DNA from: Candidatus Multivorans sp.
Lineage (GTDB): Bacteria > Acidobacteriota > Thermoanaerobaculia > Multivoradales > Multivoraceae
Length of the DNA: 64,000 nt
Assembly: GCA_965247095.1 (NCBI GenBank)
Contig: OZ251997.1
Coordinates: forward strand, 1,664,001-1,728,000
Reading direction: 5' to 3'
The position numbers were made by a program, and so were the translations under genes. The first letter of the stretch is position 1. Every line of letters starts with the position of its first letter. A model generated the notes under the pieces. The model searched no databases. It had not been told where the DNA came from and was given only the letters and a program-made list of their open reading frames with translations. Positions 22,343 to 32,601 of the stretch are shown piece by piece.

Positions 22343-24370
22343 GTGCTCATCCACGTCCCAACTCCGCTCGGCCTCTGCCGGGCGACATCGGTGGGGGCCG
22401 TCCTCGCCGTCATCGCCTTCGGGGCTGCGACCGCGCCGCCCACTCACGCCCAGGTGGAGCCCGCCCGCGGCGCCCCCGGATCCGGCGCCGCCGAAGTTAC
22501 CGTTGCCCTGGAAGGCTCCTGGGTCCGGAACGCGGAACTCAGCGATGACCCGGTCGAGCGCCTCGCCAGCCACTTCGTTGAAGGCTTCGTCTCGGGCTGG
22601 CTGCGGGAGTTCGCCGAAGACCTTGCCAACCGCCGCCGCAGCCTCGTGATCGACTTCGCTGGGCAGGACGTTCTGGTTCGAAACGCCAAGCGCGAGAACC
22701 TCAATGTGCGGACCGATGGCTACGCCCGGTACGACAGCGAGGGCAACCTGACCACCGTCTTCCTCGCCGAGGATTCGCTCGAGATCGTCACGCAGGGAAC
22801 CGGTCAGGCTTGGCTCTGGATCGAGACGATCTACCGGCGGGGCGAGCGGCTGGTCCACCTGACCGAAACCCAGAACTTCTCGACCCCCGAGTTCCTCTTC
22901 CAGACCGTGTACGACCACGCCGACGGCAAGCCGCCCCCGGGGCGGCCTGCCAAGGTCGAGCAGGGCCGCTTCGTGAGGCCGGCCGCGATCCGCATCGTGC
23001 CGCCACGACGCCAGTACCGGGGACTACTCTCCGGTCCGGTCGAGGTCCAGACCCTGGTCATCGATCCGTTGATCCAGTCGGTCGAGTTCTTCCTCGACGG
23101 CGTGCGGGCGAAGGAAGCCAGGAAACCGCCGTATGTGGCCCGCGTCCGGCTCGACGACCCTCCCCGCCCACAGACGCTGGAGGTTCGGGCCTACACCGAC
23201 CCGGGAAAGCTCGCCGGCACCGACCGCATCATTCTCAACCGGCTCGACTCGGCATTCGGAGTCCGCATTGCAGAGATTCGATCGGTAGGCCGGGCAGGCT
23301 CTTCGGCGCTCCGCGTCGCAGCCAGCGTTTCCGTGCCGCGTGCCGCGGCCCTCGAACGCGTTGCGTTCTACCGCAGCGATCATCCGGTTGCCACGTTCGA
23401 CGACCTCGACCCAGCCGCGAATCGCGGTGAGGCACGCACCATCCCAGTCGACGCGCTGATCGAGGGCGTCTCGCCCGGCGACTTCGTCCGCGTCACGGCG
23501 CAGCTCGCCGACGGCCGGGAGATGGAGGACGCCGAACTCCTCCAGGGCGCCGAGCACCGCAGCGAGATCGATGTGCAACTCGTGCAGCTCCAGGTCCTCG
23601 TTGTCGACCGCGACGGCGACCCGGTAGGCGAACTCAAAGCGGAGGACTTCGAGATTCGCGAGAGCGGCGCCTGGCGCCCGGCGGAGAACCTGCACGTCTC
23701 GGACGACGTCCCCCTGGTTCTCGGCGTCGCCATCGACTCGTCGGAAAGCATGTACCTGGTCTGGCGCCAGTTGCACGACGTGCTCCGCGTCTTCTTTGAA
23801 GGGGCTCTGGCCGACGACGATCGAGCCTTCCTGGTCGACTTCGACCACACGGTTCGGCCGCTCCAGCCGCTGACTGGAAGCCGGCCCCTGCTCAAGGCCA
23901 GACTCCATCGGCTGCTTGCCCAGGGCGGCACCGCGCTGAACGACGGGATCCTGTTCTCCCTCCTCCAGTTCCGGAATGAGCAGGGCCGCCGGGCCCTGAT
24001 CGTTGTCACCGACGGCGACGACCTCCACAGCCGCTCCAAGCGCGCGCAGGTCACCGAGTACGCCGAACGAACGGGGGTCCCCATCTACTTCATCGCTCTC
24101 GGTTGGAACGATCCTCGGAGTCCCCTCATCAGGAGACTCAGCCGGCAAACCGGTGGCCGCCTGTTCCGCATCCACCCCGGCCAGTCGCGGGCCGCCCTGG
24201 CAAGAGAGATGGAGCAGGTCTTCGACCGGATCAACGAGGACCTCCGGCATCAGCACGTGCTGACGTACTACAGCGAGCACCCGCAGGGAGCGGACGTCGA
24301 GCCGGAGGTTCGGACGACGCGCAAGGGTCTCACCGTGAAGAGCGTGCTGCCGCTCGAGGCGCTTCAATAG
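22343..24370 (+). CDS. Secreted VWA-domain protein, paralog 1 (N-terminal beta domain, Ig-like domains, VWA)
   Basis: MIDAS DSSES, GGTALND, VTDGDD, TGGR; VEFFLDG..PPY Ig-like segment. Confidence 0.85.
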   Translation: MLIHVPTPLGLCRATSVGAVLAVIAFGAATAPPTHAQVEPARGAPGSGAAEVTVALEGSWVRNAELSDDPVERLASHFVEGFVSGWLREFAEDLANRRRSLVIDFAGQDVLVRNAKRENLNVRTDGYARYDSEGNLTTVFLAEDSLEIVTQGTGQAWLWIETIYRRGERLVHLTETQNFSTPEFLFQTVYDHADGKPPPGRPAKVEQGRFVRPAAIRIVPPRRQYRGLLSGPVEVQTLVIDPLIQSVEFFLDGVRAKEARKPPYVARVRLDDPPRPQTLEVRAYTDPGKLAGTDRIILNRLDSAFGVRIAEIRSVGRAGSSALRVAASVSVPRAAALERVAFYRSDHPVATFDDLDPAANRGEARTIPVDALIEGVSPGDFVRVTAQLADGREMEDAELLQGAEHRSEIDVQLVQLQVLVVDRDGDPVGELKAEDFEIRESGAWRPAENLHVSDDVPLVLGVAIDSSESMYLVWRQLHDVLRVFFEGALADDDRAFLVDFDHTVRPLQPLTGSRPLLKARLHRLLAQGGTALNDGILFSLLQFRNEQGRRALIVVTDGDDLHSRSKRAQVTEYAERTGVPIYFIALGWNDPRSPLIRRLSRQTGGRLFRIHPGQSRAALAREMEQVFDRINEDLRHQHVLTYYSEHPQGADVEPEVRTTRKGLTVKSVLPLEALQ

Positions 24371-24430
24371 CGCCGCCAAGCGCCTCGCAGGCTCGGACTT
24401 GGCCCCATCCCCCACCGAACGGTCTCCCAC

Positions 24431-25186
24431 GTGATCGCGACCGTCATCCTGCTGACGGTGCTCGCGACGGCGGTCATCTCCGGCGTGCTCGGCATGGCCG
24501 GGGGCCTGGCGCTGATGGCCGTGCTCACGAGCCTCCTCCCCATAAGCGGCGCGATGATCCTGCACGGCGCCGTCCAGGCTGCTTCGAACGGCGCGCGCTT
24601 CGTGTTTCTGCGCGACCGCATGATGTGGGGCGTCCTGCCCTGGTACGCCGCGGGCGCCGCCTTCTCGGTCCTCGTGTTCGTATCGCTCGCCGTCGTCCCC
24701 GACCCGGCGCTGGTGCTGATCCTGGTCGGTAGCTTCCCCTGGCTGGCCCGGCTGCTGCCGACGCTGCGGGGGCTGGACGTGCGCAACCCCAGGACGGCCG
24801 CCGCCTGCGGCGCGACCGTTACCGCGGCGCAGCTCCTGGCCGGCGCTTCCGGGCCCCTGCTGGACGCGTTCTACCTCGAGACCGATGTGGACCGGCGCAC
24901 GATCGTCGCCACGAAGGCGTTCAGCCAGACCGTCGGACATCTGCTCAAGATCGGCTACTACGTCTGGGTCTCGCGCACCGTGCTCACGGAGCTGCCCGGA
25001 AGCGTGCTTACGCCCTGGTTGATCGCCGGAGGCATGGCCCTCGCCGTGGTCGGCGCGCGGATCGGCACGCTCCTGCTCGGCCGGCTCGACGATCGCCAGT
25101 TCCGGCGGGTCACGGGACCGGTGATCCTGGGGCTCGGAGCAGTGTGCGTGGCGAAGGGCGTGCGCGAGTTGCTGCTGGCGGGTTAG
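24431..25186 (+). CDS. TSUP (TauE/SafE) family transporter
   Basis: SGVLGMAGG, GASGP, VATKA; hydrophobic throughout. Confidence 0.85.
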   Translation: MIATVILLTVLATAVISGVLGMAGGLALMAVLTSLLPISGAMILHGAVQAASNGARFVFLRDRMMWGVLPWYAAGAAFSVLVFVSLAVVPDPALVLILVGSFPWLARLLPTLRGLDVRNPRTAAACGATVTAAQLLAGASGPLLDAFYLETDVDRRTIVATKAFSQTVGHLLKIGYYVWVSRTVLTELPGSVLTPWLIAGGMALAVVGARIGTLLLGRLDDRQFRRVTGPVILGLGAVCVAKGVRELLLAG

Positions 25187-25248
25187 GCGTCTGCGCGTTT
25201 GCCGTTGGCCTGTATCCTGCATCCATTCGTCTCGGCTTTCGTCTCACC

Positions 25249-27534
25249 ATGACCAGGAACCCCGACAACCGGCGCCAATGGCTGCGCCATGGCCGCGTTC
25301 GACCGGCAGCGCTGACTGCGGGCATCCTCGGCCTCGCCCTCTGCCTGCCGACTGGGCACCCGGTACGCGCCCAGGAGCGGCACCCTGACGGCGACGCCGC
25401 AACCACGGCCTCGAGCGACCCGATTGCAGCCCTCTCCGGCATCTGGATTCGTGACGAGCGGCTGAGCGAGAACCCCATCGAGAAACTCGAGGAGGCCTAC
25501 GGTTCGACCTTCGGCGGCGGACCCGGACGATCGGGGGGCGCAACGCCGGGCAGCGGCCCAACGACCGGCTCCGGCCCTGGCGGCCAGGGCCGTTTCGGCG
25601 GTTCCGGCGCCGGACGCGGTGGAGGACGGCCGGGCAGCAACCAGGACGCTTCACCCGGTATGCGGGAGACGGCCAGAGAACTCGCGGAACGGCTCGATGT
25701 CCTGCTGATCCAGGTCGAGCGACCCCGGCTCCTGATCCGGAATGCGAAGCGCGAAGACCGCATCCTCTTCCTCGACGGACGCGACACCGCGGGCGACCTC
25801 GGCGGCCGCAGCCGCGCCCGCGTCGTCGGAGACTCCCTTGAGGTCGAGACCTCCACCCCGAACCGGCAGCGGATCGAGACCTTCTTCCTGGAGGGCGAGC
25901 AACTCGTGCTGGTGACGGATGTACAGGGCGGAAGCTTCGCCGACCTGTCGTTCCGCACCGTCTACGAGCGCTCCGGCGACGCCCCGCCCAGCGTCATGCC
26001 GCCACCGGCGACCCGAACGGCCGACGCCGCCCCCGCCCCCGACGACGGTGGTTTCAACAAGGCTGACTACCTGCCGCCGGTCAGAGGCGGCTCGAACAGG
26101 CGGTCCGAGCGCGCCGACTCCGCCCGCAGCGCCCGGCCCGCGACGATTCGCATCCTGCCTCCTGAGAAGGGCTACCGCGAACTCCTCACAGGCCGCATCC
26201 TGATCCAGACCCTGACCATTGATCCGCAGATCGCCGTGGTCGAGTTCCTGCTCGACGGCGAGGAGACAGCCCGCGCCACCCTGCCGCCGTTCGAGGCGCG
26301 GATCGAACTCGCCGATCCGCCGCGCGAGCACACCATCGAGGTCAAGGCCTACGGCGCCCGCGGCGCCTACGCGGGCAGCGACAAGATCGTCCTGAACCGC
26401 CTCGATCCTCCCTTCGCGGTACGGATCGCGGGCATCGGCCCGACCCGTAGCACAGGCGAACAGGCGGTACGGGTCGAGGCCGGCATCTCGGTCCCGCGCA
26501 CCGAAACCCTGGCACGGGTCGAGTTCTACCGCACGGAACAACTCGTCGCAGCCTTCGAGCACTTCGAAGGGGAGGCGGGGCCGAGCGGCGTGCGAAACGT
26601 CATCGCCGACGTGCCAACGTCCGGCGTCTCGCCCCAGGACTTCGTCCGGGTGGTGGCCCGCCTCGGCGACGGCCGGGAACTCGAGGATGTCGAACTGCTC
26701 CAGGGCGCCGAGTTCAGCAGCGAGATCGACGTCCAGCTCGTGCAACTTCAGGTTCTGGTCGTGGACCGCCGCGGCAACCCGGTCGGCGGCCTCAGGCCGG
26801 AGGACTTCGAAGTACGGGAGAACGGCGAAAGGCGCCAGGTCGAGAGACTCTTCGTCTCGAACGACGTGCCGTTATCCCTGGGCCTGGCGATCGACTCCTC
26901 CGGCAGCATGGAACCCATCTGGCAGCAGACCAACTCCATCGCCGCGGCGTTCTTCGACGGCGCGCTGACCTGGCGCGACCAGGCGTTCCTGGTCGACTTC
27001 GACTCCACCCTGCGGCTCGTGCAACCGCTCACGGGCAGCAAAGCGATGCTGGCCCGCGGCCTGGAGCGGCTCTTCCCCCAGGGCAACACCGCCCTCTACG
27101 ACGCGATCCTGTTCTCCCTGCTCCAGTACGGCGACGCGCCCGGACGCCGCGCCCTGGTCGTGGTCACCGACGGATACGACGGCGCCAGCCGCTCCGACCC
27201 GACCCGCGCGATCGACTTCGGAAAGCGCCTGGGCGTGCCGGTCTACGTCGTCGCCATGCGCTCGGTCGGTTTCGGCCCGACCACGATGGACGAGGCGAAC
27301 CTGCGCAACAGCATGCGTCTGATCACCGGTCCTAGCGGCGGCCGCCTGTTTCAGATCGAGTCGGTCGCCCAGATGGCAGACGTGTTCGACCACATCGAGG
27401 ACGAGCTCCGACGGCAGTACGTGCTGACCTACTACAGCGAGCGCCCCTTCGGCACCGCACTCGAACCGGAGGTCAGGGTGACCAGGAAGGGGCTCAAGGT
27501 GCGGAGCGCCCTGCCGCTCGACGCGATCGAGTAG
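25249..27534 (+). CDS. Secreted VWA-domain protein, paralog 2
   Basis: MIDAS DSSGS, GNTALYD, VTDGYD; Gly-rich insert in the N-terminal domain. Confidence 0.87.
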   Translation: MTRNPDNRRQWLRHGRVRPAALTAGILGLALCLPTGHPVRAQERHPDGDAATTASSDPIAALSGIWIRDERLSENPIEKLEEAYGSTFGGGPGRSGGATPGSGPTTGSGPGGQGRFGGSGAGRGGGRPGSNQDASPGMRETARELAERLDVLLIQVERPRLLIRNAKREDRILFLDGRDTAGDLGGRSRARVVGDSLEVETSTPNRQRIETFFLEGEQLVLVTDVQGGSFADLSFRTVYERSGDAPPSVMPPPATRTADAAPAPDDGGFNKADYLPPVRGGSNRRSERADSARSARPATIRILPPEKGYRELLTGRILIQTLTIDPQIAVVEFLLDGEETARATLPPFEARIELADPPREHTIEVKAYGARGAYAGSDKIVLNRLDPPFAVRIAGIGPTRSTGEQAVRVEAGISVPRTETLARVEFYRTEQLVAAFEHFEGEAGPSGVRNVIADVPTSGVSPQDFVRVVARLGDGRELEDVELLQGAEFSSEIDVQLVQLQVLVVDRRGNPVGGLRPEDFEVRENGERRQVERLFVSNDVPLSLGLAIDSSGSMEPIWQQTNSIAAAFFDGALTWRDQAFLVDFDSTLRLVQPLTGSKAMLARGLERLFPQGNTALYDAILFSLLQYGDAPGRRALVVVTDGYDGASRSDPTRAIDFGKRLGVPVYVVAMRSVGFGPTTMDEANLRNSMRLITGPSGGRLFQIESVAQMADVFDHIEDELRRQYVLTYYSERPFGTALEPEVRVTRKGLKVRSALPLDAIE

Positions 27535-27554
27535 TCCGCCGGGAAGAAACACCC

Positions 27555-29636
27555 GTGAGAGCCACAGCCCTACGCCGTACCGCTATCGGCTGGGCGGCAG
27601 CCTCGGCAGTACTCGCGCTCGCGGTCTGCGGGTGGCCCACCGGGGCATCCGGCCAGAACGTTCGGGCGCCGAGCAGGACCGGTGTCCATCCGGATGTCCC
27701 CTTTTCCCATCTGCTGGGCCCCTGGATCAGGAACGAGCAACTCAGCGACGATCCGGTTCGGAAGGTCCAGGGCAAGCGAGTGGCGCCGAAACGCAGATCG
27801 CCAGCCGTGCACGAGCTGGCCCAAGCCCTCGCCGATCGCTACGGCACGGTGATGATCCGGATTCTCGAGGACGCCGTCGGGCTCCTCGACGACCGCGGCG
27901 GCAGCCGCGTCCTGGCGCTCGACGGCCGGCAGCACCTCCTCGGCCGCGGCGTCAAGGGGCGCATTCTCGACACCGACGAAAGCCTCACGATCGAGATGGT
28001 CGCTTCGGACTGGCGGCGGTCCGACACCTTCTTCCTGCTGAACGACCGGCTGGTGCGGATGACCGACCTCAAAGTCCGGTCCCAACCCAGGCTGTAATTC
28101 AGTACGGTCTACGACCGCCCGGAAACGCCGCCGGTCTCGGATTCCCTGGCCGCCGGCCTAGCCGCCGACGCCGGCCAGCCCGCCGCGATCCGCATTGTGC
28201 CGCCCGAACGCAGGGTCGGCGAACTGCTCAGCGGCAGAGTCGAAATCGAGACCCTGATCATCGATCCGCTCGTTGGTGAAGTGGAGTTCCTGCTCGACGG
28301 CAAACGGACCAGGCGCGTTCGCATACGACCCTTCACGACCCGCATCGGTTTGGCCGACCCACCCCGCGAGCAGAGGCTCGAGGCCCTGGCCTACGACAGA
28401 CAAGGCGAGTACATCGGAAGGGATGAGATCCTCCTCAACCAGATCGACAGGCCCTTCGCCGTCCGCATCGCGAAGATCCGCGGCGCGCAGGCAAACGGGG
28501 ACCCGGCGATTCGGGTGGCGGCCGCCGTGTCGCTGCCGCGCGCGGCGACGCTCGAGTTGGTCGAGTTCTACCGCAGCGAGCATCTCGTGTCGGCAACGCA
28601 CACCTTCGGCGAAGGAGGGGCGCCCGGCGCCGCGCGCACCATTCCCGTCGAGGCACTGATCGAGGGCGGCCGACCGGACGACTTCATCCGTGTTGTGGCG
28701 AAGCTCGCCGACGGCCGCGAGCGGGAAGACGCGGAACTCCTCCAGGGAGCGGACCACCAGAGCGAGATCGACATCCAACTGGTTCAGTTCCAGGTGCTGG
28801 TGACCGACCGCGACGGGAATCCTGTCAGCGGGCTCTCGCCGGAAGACTTCGAGATCCGGGAGAACGGCAGGAAGCGCCCGGCGGTGGCCCTCCACACCGC
28901 AACCGACGTGCCCCTGGTTCTGGGTCTGGCGATCGACTCGTCGGACAGCATGCTCTCCATCTGGAGTCGCCTGAAGTACATTGCCCGGCGCTTCCTTGAG
29001 GCCGCCCTGGGCCCAGGCGACCGGTCCTTCCTGGTCGACTTCGACGGCACGGTGCGCCTCGTTCAACCACTGACGGGAGACCAACCGCTGCTGAACGACC
29101 GGCTCGACCATTTGATTCCGCTGGGCGGCACGGCGCTGAATGACGGGCTCCTGTTCTCTCTGCTCCAGTACCGCCGCGAGCCCGGCCGCCGCGCGCTGGT
29201 CGTGGTCACCGACGGCGCCGACCAGCACAGCCGATCCCAACCCGAACAGTCCGCCGCCCTCGCGGAGCGGCTGGGCCTGCCGATCTACTTCATCGAGCTG
29301 GACGCGTCGGTTCCAAGGACCGGAACTTCATCCGGCGGCGTGGTCGCAGTCAACGTCACACCAACGACGCAACAGAAACGGGCACGGAAACGGCTCAGCC
29401 GGATCAGCGAGCAGACCGGCGGACGCCTCTTCCACATCGAGCTCTACGCCACCACGCCCTGGTGGACCGACCGCATCGAGCAGGTCTTCGATCAGATCGA
29501 AAAGGACCTGCGGCACCAACATGTGCTGACCTACTACAGCGACCAGCCGCTCGGCGCGCCGGTCGAACCCAAAATCCGAGTGACCCGGCGGGGGCTCAGT
29601 CTACGGAGCGCGGTGCCGCTCCTGGGGATCGAGTAG
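27555..29636 (+). pseudogene. VWA-domain protein, paralog 3, interrupted by one in-frame TAA at 28095-28097
   Basis: ORFs 27555..28097 and 28197..29636 share a frame; after the stop the sequence reads FSTVYDR...PAAIRIVPP, matching paralogs 1 and 2. Confidence 0.85.
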
Positions 29637-30007
29637 GGCGTCCCGCCCGGTGCGGGTGAAGCGCTCCAGCACTCGCAGCCCCTCCGTCGCCCTCGCCCTG
29701 GAACTGCCGTCCGCGGAGTAGTTCTTCGTCTCGACGACCAGCGAATCGCCCTCGAACCAGCCGCGCGAGTTGCCGTGCCAGAGCCGCAGATCGTCGGCGA
29801 GCGGCGCCTGCTCCCCCAGCGGGATGATGCGCACGTCGTGAATCAGCTCCTGCGCGACTCCCCTGGAACGGCCTGCAGGTCGGGCTGACCGTCAGCGGTG
29901 CGCGGAGCCTTCCAGTCTTCGGCTGCCAACATCCCGGTGGAGAACAGGAGAACCACGAGTAGGAACAGCCTGGCCACGCCGACGGAGCGCGAGTCGTTTC
30001 GGAGCAT
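29633..30007 (-). pseudogene. Internally deleted remnant of a 'PRTxDGxPDLQG' family secreted protein
   Basis: Signal peptide plus WKAPRTADGQPDLQ, then a frame change to ELIHDVRIIPL...GNSRGWFEGDSLVVET...ERFTR; middle and C-terminus missing relative to 13984..15075. Confidence 0.8.
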
Positions 30008-30063
30008 CGGTTCAACCTCCTTCGATCAGCGGACGCGGCCCCATAGTACGGCAGGCGACGGGA

Positions 30064-30093
30064 CCGGATGCGGGCGGGACGCCCGCGGCACAG
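30064..30093 (+). repeat. REP-like palindrome, copy A
   Basis: CCGGATGCGGGCGGGACGCCCGCGGCACAG; related copies at 39049 and 63419. Confidence 0.65.
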
Positions 30094-30160
30094 GGCGGAA
30101 GCCGCCAAGCCCCAGCAGGCGGGTATCCTCCCCGCTCCGATCCCAAGGGAGATCACCGCC

Positions 30161-32263
30161 ATGCAGCTCAGCCAGTCCGTAGCCGTCGAACGCCACGAGG
30201 AGCCGGGACTTGGCGTCGTCGGCGCGATCTGGATCGACAACCCGCCGGTGAACGCGCTGAGCCAGCACGTCCGCGAGGGGCTGGCGGCGGCGGTGCCGGC
30301 AGTAGCAAACGACCCCGAGATGCAGGCGGCCGTCATCGTCTGCCGCGGCCGGACGTTCATCGCCGGCGCCGACATCCGCGAGTTCGGCAAACCGCGACTG
30401 CCCCCGGACACCAACGAGGTCCGGCGCATGATCGAGAAGTCCCCCAAGCCCTTCGTCGCGGCCATCCACGGCACCGCCCTGGGCGGCGGGCTGGAGATGG
30501 CGATGGCGTGCCACTTCCGGGTCGCCGACGCGCAGGCGCGTCTCGGCCTGCCCGAGGTGAAGCTCGGCATCCTGCCGGGCGGCGGCGGCACCCAGCGCCT
30601 GCCCCGCTTGGTCGGCGTGCCGCGGGCGCTCGAGATGATCACCAGCGGCGAGCACATCACCGCCGCCGAAGCGCTCGACCTGGGCCTGATCGACGGTGTG
30701 GTCGACGGCCTGGAGAGCACCAGCCTGGCAGTCGGCGCGTTCCGTTTCGCGCTCCGCGCCGTGGCCGAGGGCCGGGGCCTGCCGCGGGTGCGGGACATCG
30801 AGAGCCACCGGGACGCGGCGCGCGAGAACCCCGGCGTCTTCGACGATTTCCGCCGCCGGATCGCACGCAAAACCCGGGGGTTCAACGCGCCCGAGGCCTG
30901 CATCCAGTGCGTCGAGGCGGCAGCCATGCTGCCGTTCGACGAGGGTCTTCTGCGGGAGGCCGAGCTGTCGAGGCAACTGCACGCGGACCCGCAGTCGAGG
31001 GCCCAGCGCTACTACTTCTTCGCCGAGCGCGCGGCGAGGAAGATCCCGGACATCCCGGCGGATACGAAGGTCCGGGAGATCCGCCGCGTCGGCGTCCTCG
31101 GCGCCGGCACGATGGGCGGCGGCATCTCGATGGCCTTCGCCAACGCCGGCCTGCCGGTGTCGATCGTCGAGCAGAGCCGTGACGCGCTCGACCGGGGCCT
31201 GGCCACCGTTTGGCGCAACTACGAGCGCAGCGCGTCCCGCGGAAGGTTCACCCAGGACCAGATCGAGGAGCGGATGTCGCTCCTTCGTGGCGGCACGGAC
31301 CGGGACGCGCTGGCCGAGTGCGACCTCGTCATCGAGGCGGTGTTCGAGGACATGGATCTCAAGCGGAGAGTGTTTTCCGAGCTCGACCGGATCGCCAGAC
31401 CCGGCGCCCTGCTGGCCACGAACACGTCCTACCTCGACGTCAACGTGATCGGCGCCGAGACCGAACGGCCCGAGGACGTCGTCGGCATGCACTTCTTCAG
31501 TCCGGCCAACATCATGAAGCTGGTCGAGGTCGTCCGCGGCGAGAAGTCCGCGCCCGACGCGGTCGCGACCGCGATGTCGATCTCCCGGACGATCGGCAAG
31601 GCGCCGGTCCTGGTGGGCGTCTGTCACGGCTTCGTCGGCAACCGCATGCTCTTCCAGCGCCGCCTCCAGGCCGACCGGCTCGTGCTCGAGGGCCCGCTGC
31701 CGTGGGACATCGACCGCGTGCTCTACGACTTCGGCATGCCGATGGGTCCGTTCCGCATGAGCGACCTCGCCGGCCTGGACGTGGGCTGGAACGCTGAGAC
31801 CTCGTCGTCGAGCACCTTGCGCGAGATGCTCTGCGAGCGGGACCGGCGCGGCCAGAAGACGGGCCGCGGCTACTACGTCTACGACCCCGCCACGCGCGCC
31901 GCGGCGCCCGACCCGGAGGTCATGGACCTCGCCCGGGAACTGGCGGAACGGCTCGGCATCGAACAGCGCGAGATCGACGACGAGGAGATCCTGAACCGCT
32001 GCCTGCTCTCCTCCGTCAACGAAGGAGCGAAGATCCTCGAAGAAGGCATCGCCGTCCGCGCCAGCGACATCGACGTGATCTGGATCAACGGCTACGGCTG
32101 GCCCGTCTACCGAGGCGGCCCCATGTTCTGGGCCGACGAGTTCGGCCTCGGCAACATCGTCGACATCCTCGACGACTACGCCTCCCGCTTCGACCCCGAA
32201 GAGTGGCAGGCCGCGCCGCTCCTGCGCGACACCGCCGCGGCGGGCGGCCGCCTGAGCGGCTAG
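30161..32263 (+). CDS. Enoyl-CoA hydratase/3-hydroxyacyl-CoA dehydrogenase (FadB/FadJ-type)
   Basis: AGADI, GGGLE, PEVKLG; GAGTMG, NTSY, GMHFFSP. Confidence 0.93.
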   Translation: MQLSQSVAVERHEEPGLGVVGAIWIDNPPVNALSQHVREGLAAAVPAVANDPEMQAAVIVCRGRTFIAGADIREFGKPRLPPDTNEVRRMIEKSPKPFVAAIHGTALGGGLEMAMACHFRVADAQARLGLPEVKLGILPGGGGTQRLPRLVGVPRALEMITSGEHITAAEALDLGLIDGVVDGLESTSLAVGAFRFALRAVAEGRGLPRVRDIESHRDAARENPGVFDDFRRRIARKTRGFNAPEACIQCVEAAAMLPFDEGLLREAELSRQLHADPQSRAQRYYFFAERAARKIPDIPADTKVREIRRVGVLGAGTMGGGISMAFANAGLPVSIVEQSRDALDRGLATVWRNYERSASRGRFTQDQIEERMSLLRGGTDRDALAECDLVIEAVFEDMDLKRRVFSELDRIARPGALLATNTSYLDVNVIGAETERPEDVVGMHFFSPANIMKLVEVVRGEKSAPDAVATAMSISRTIGKAPVLVGVCHGFVGNRMLFQRRLQADRLVLEGPLPWDIDRVLYDFGMPMGPFRMSDLAGLDVGWNAETSSSSTLREMLCERDRRGQKTGRGYYVYDPATRAAAPDPEVMDLARELAERLGIEQREIDDEEILNRCLLSSVNEGAKILEEGIAVRASDIDVIWINGYGWPVYRGGPMFWADEFGLGNIVDILDDYASRFDPEEWQAAPLLRDTAAAGGRLSG

Positions 32264-32290
32264 CCCGCGTCGGGCTCACCCGCCTGCTCC

Positions 32291-32452
32291 GGGCCACAGG
32301 GAGGAGGGGTCCCAGCGGCCGTGAGCGCTTTCTCGGATAGGGGGAAGTTGGCGCTCACTTCACTCCACTCGCTCCGGTTGGTCGTCGGTTCATGTAGGGG
32401 CGGAGGGCGTCGCTCGCTTCGAGCCCGCTGGGACCCCTCCTCCCTGTGGCCC
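32291..32452. repeat. 162-bp element bounded by perfect 28-bp inverted repeats (MITE-like or structured RNA)
   Basis: GGGCCACAGGGAGGAGGGGTCCCAGCGG (32291-32318) and its exact reverse complement (32425-32452); inner GTGAGCGC/GCGCTCAC stem. Confidence 0.85.
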
Positions 32453-32601
32453 TGCGCAGGCTGGACGGTGTCGGCGTGGCGTTCACCGCACCGGACAGTC
32501 GGTGCGCCGAGCTTCCAGAGGCGGGGACCGGGGCGGAAGCCGAGCCGGCGAAGCGGTTTGCGCACTGACCGGCATCCCTTGGCCGCTGCTACTGTTCTCC
32601 G

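Noticed and set aside
28095-28097. Selenocysteine/pyrrolysine recoding or alternative genetic code
   Set aside because: The codon is TAA, not TGA or TAG, and other genes use standard stops.
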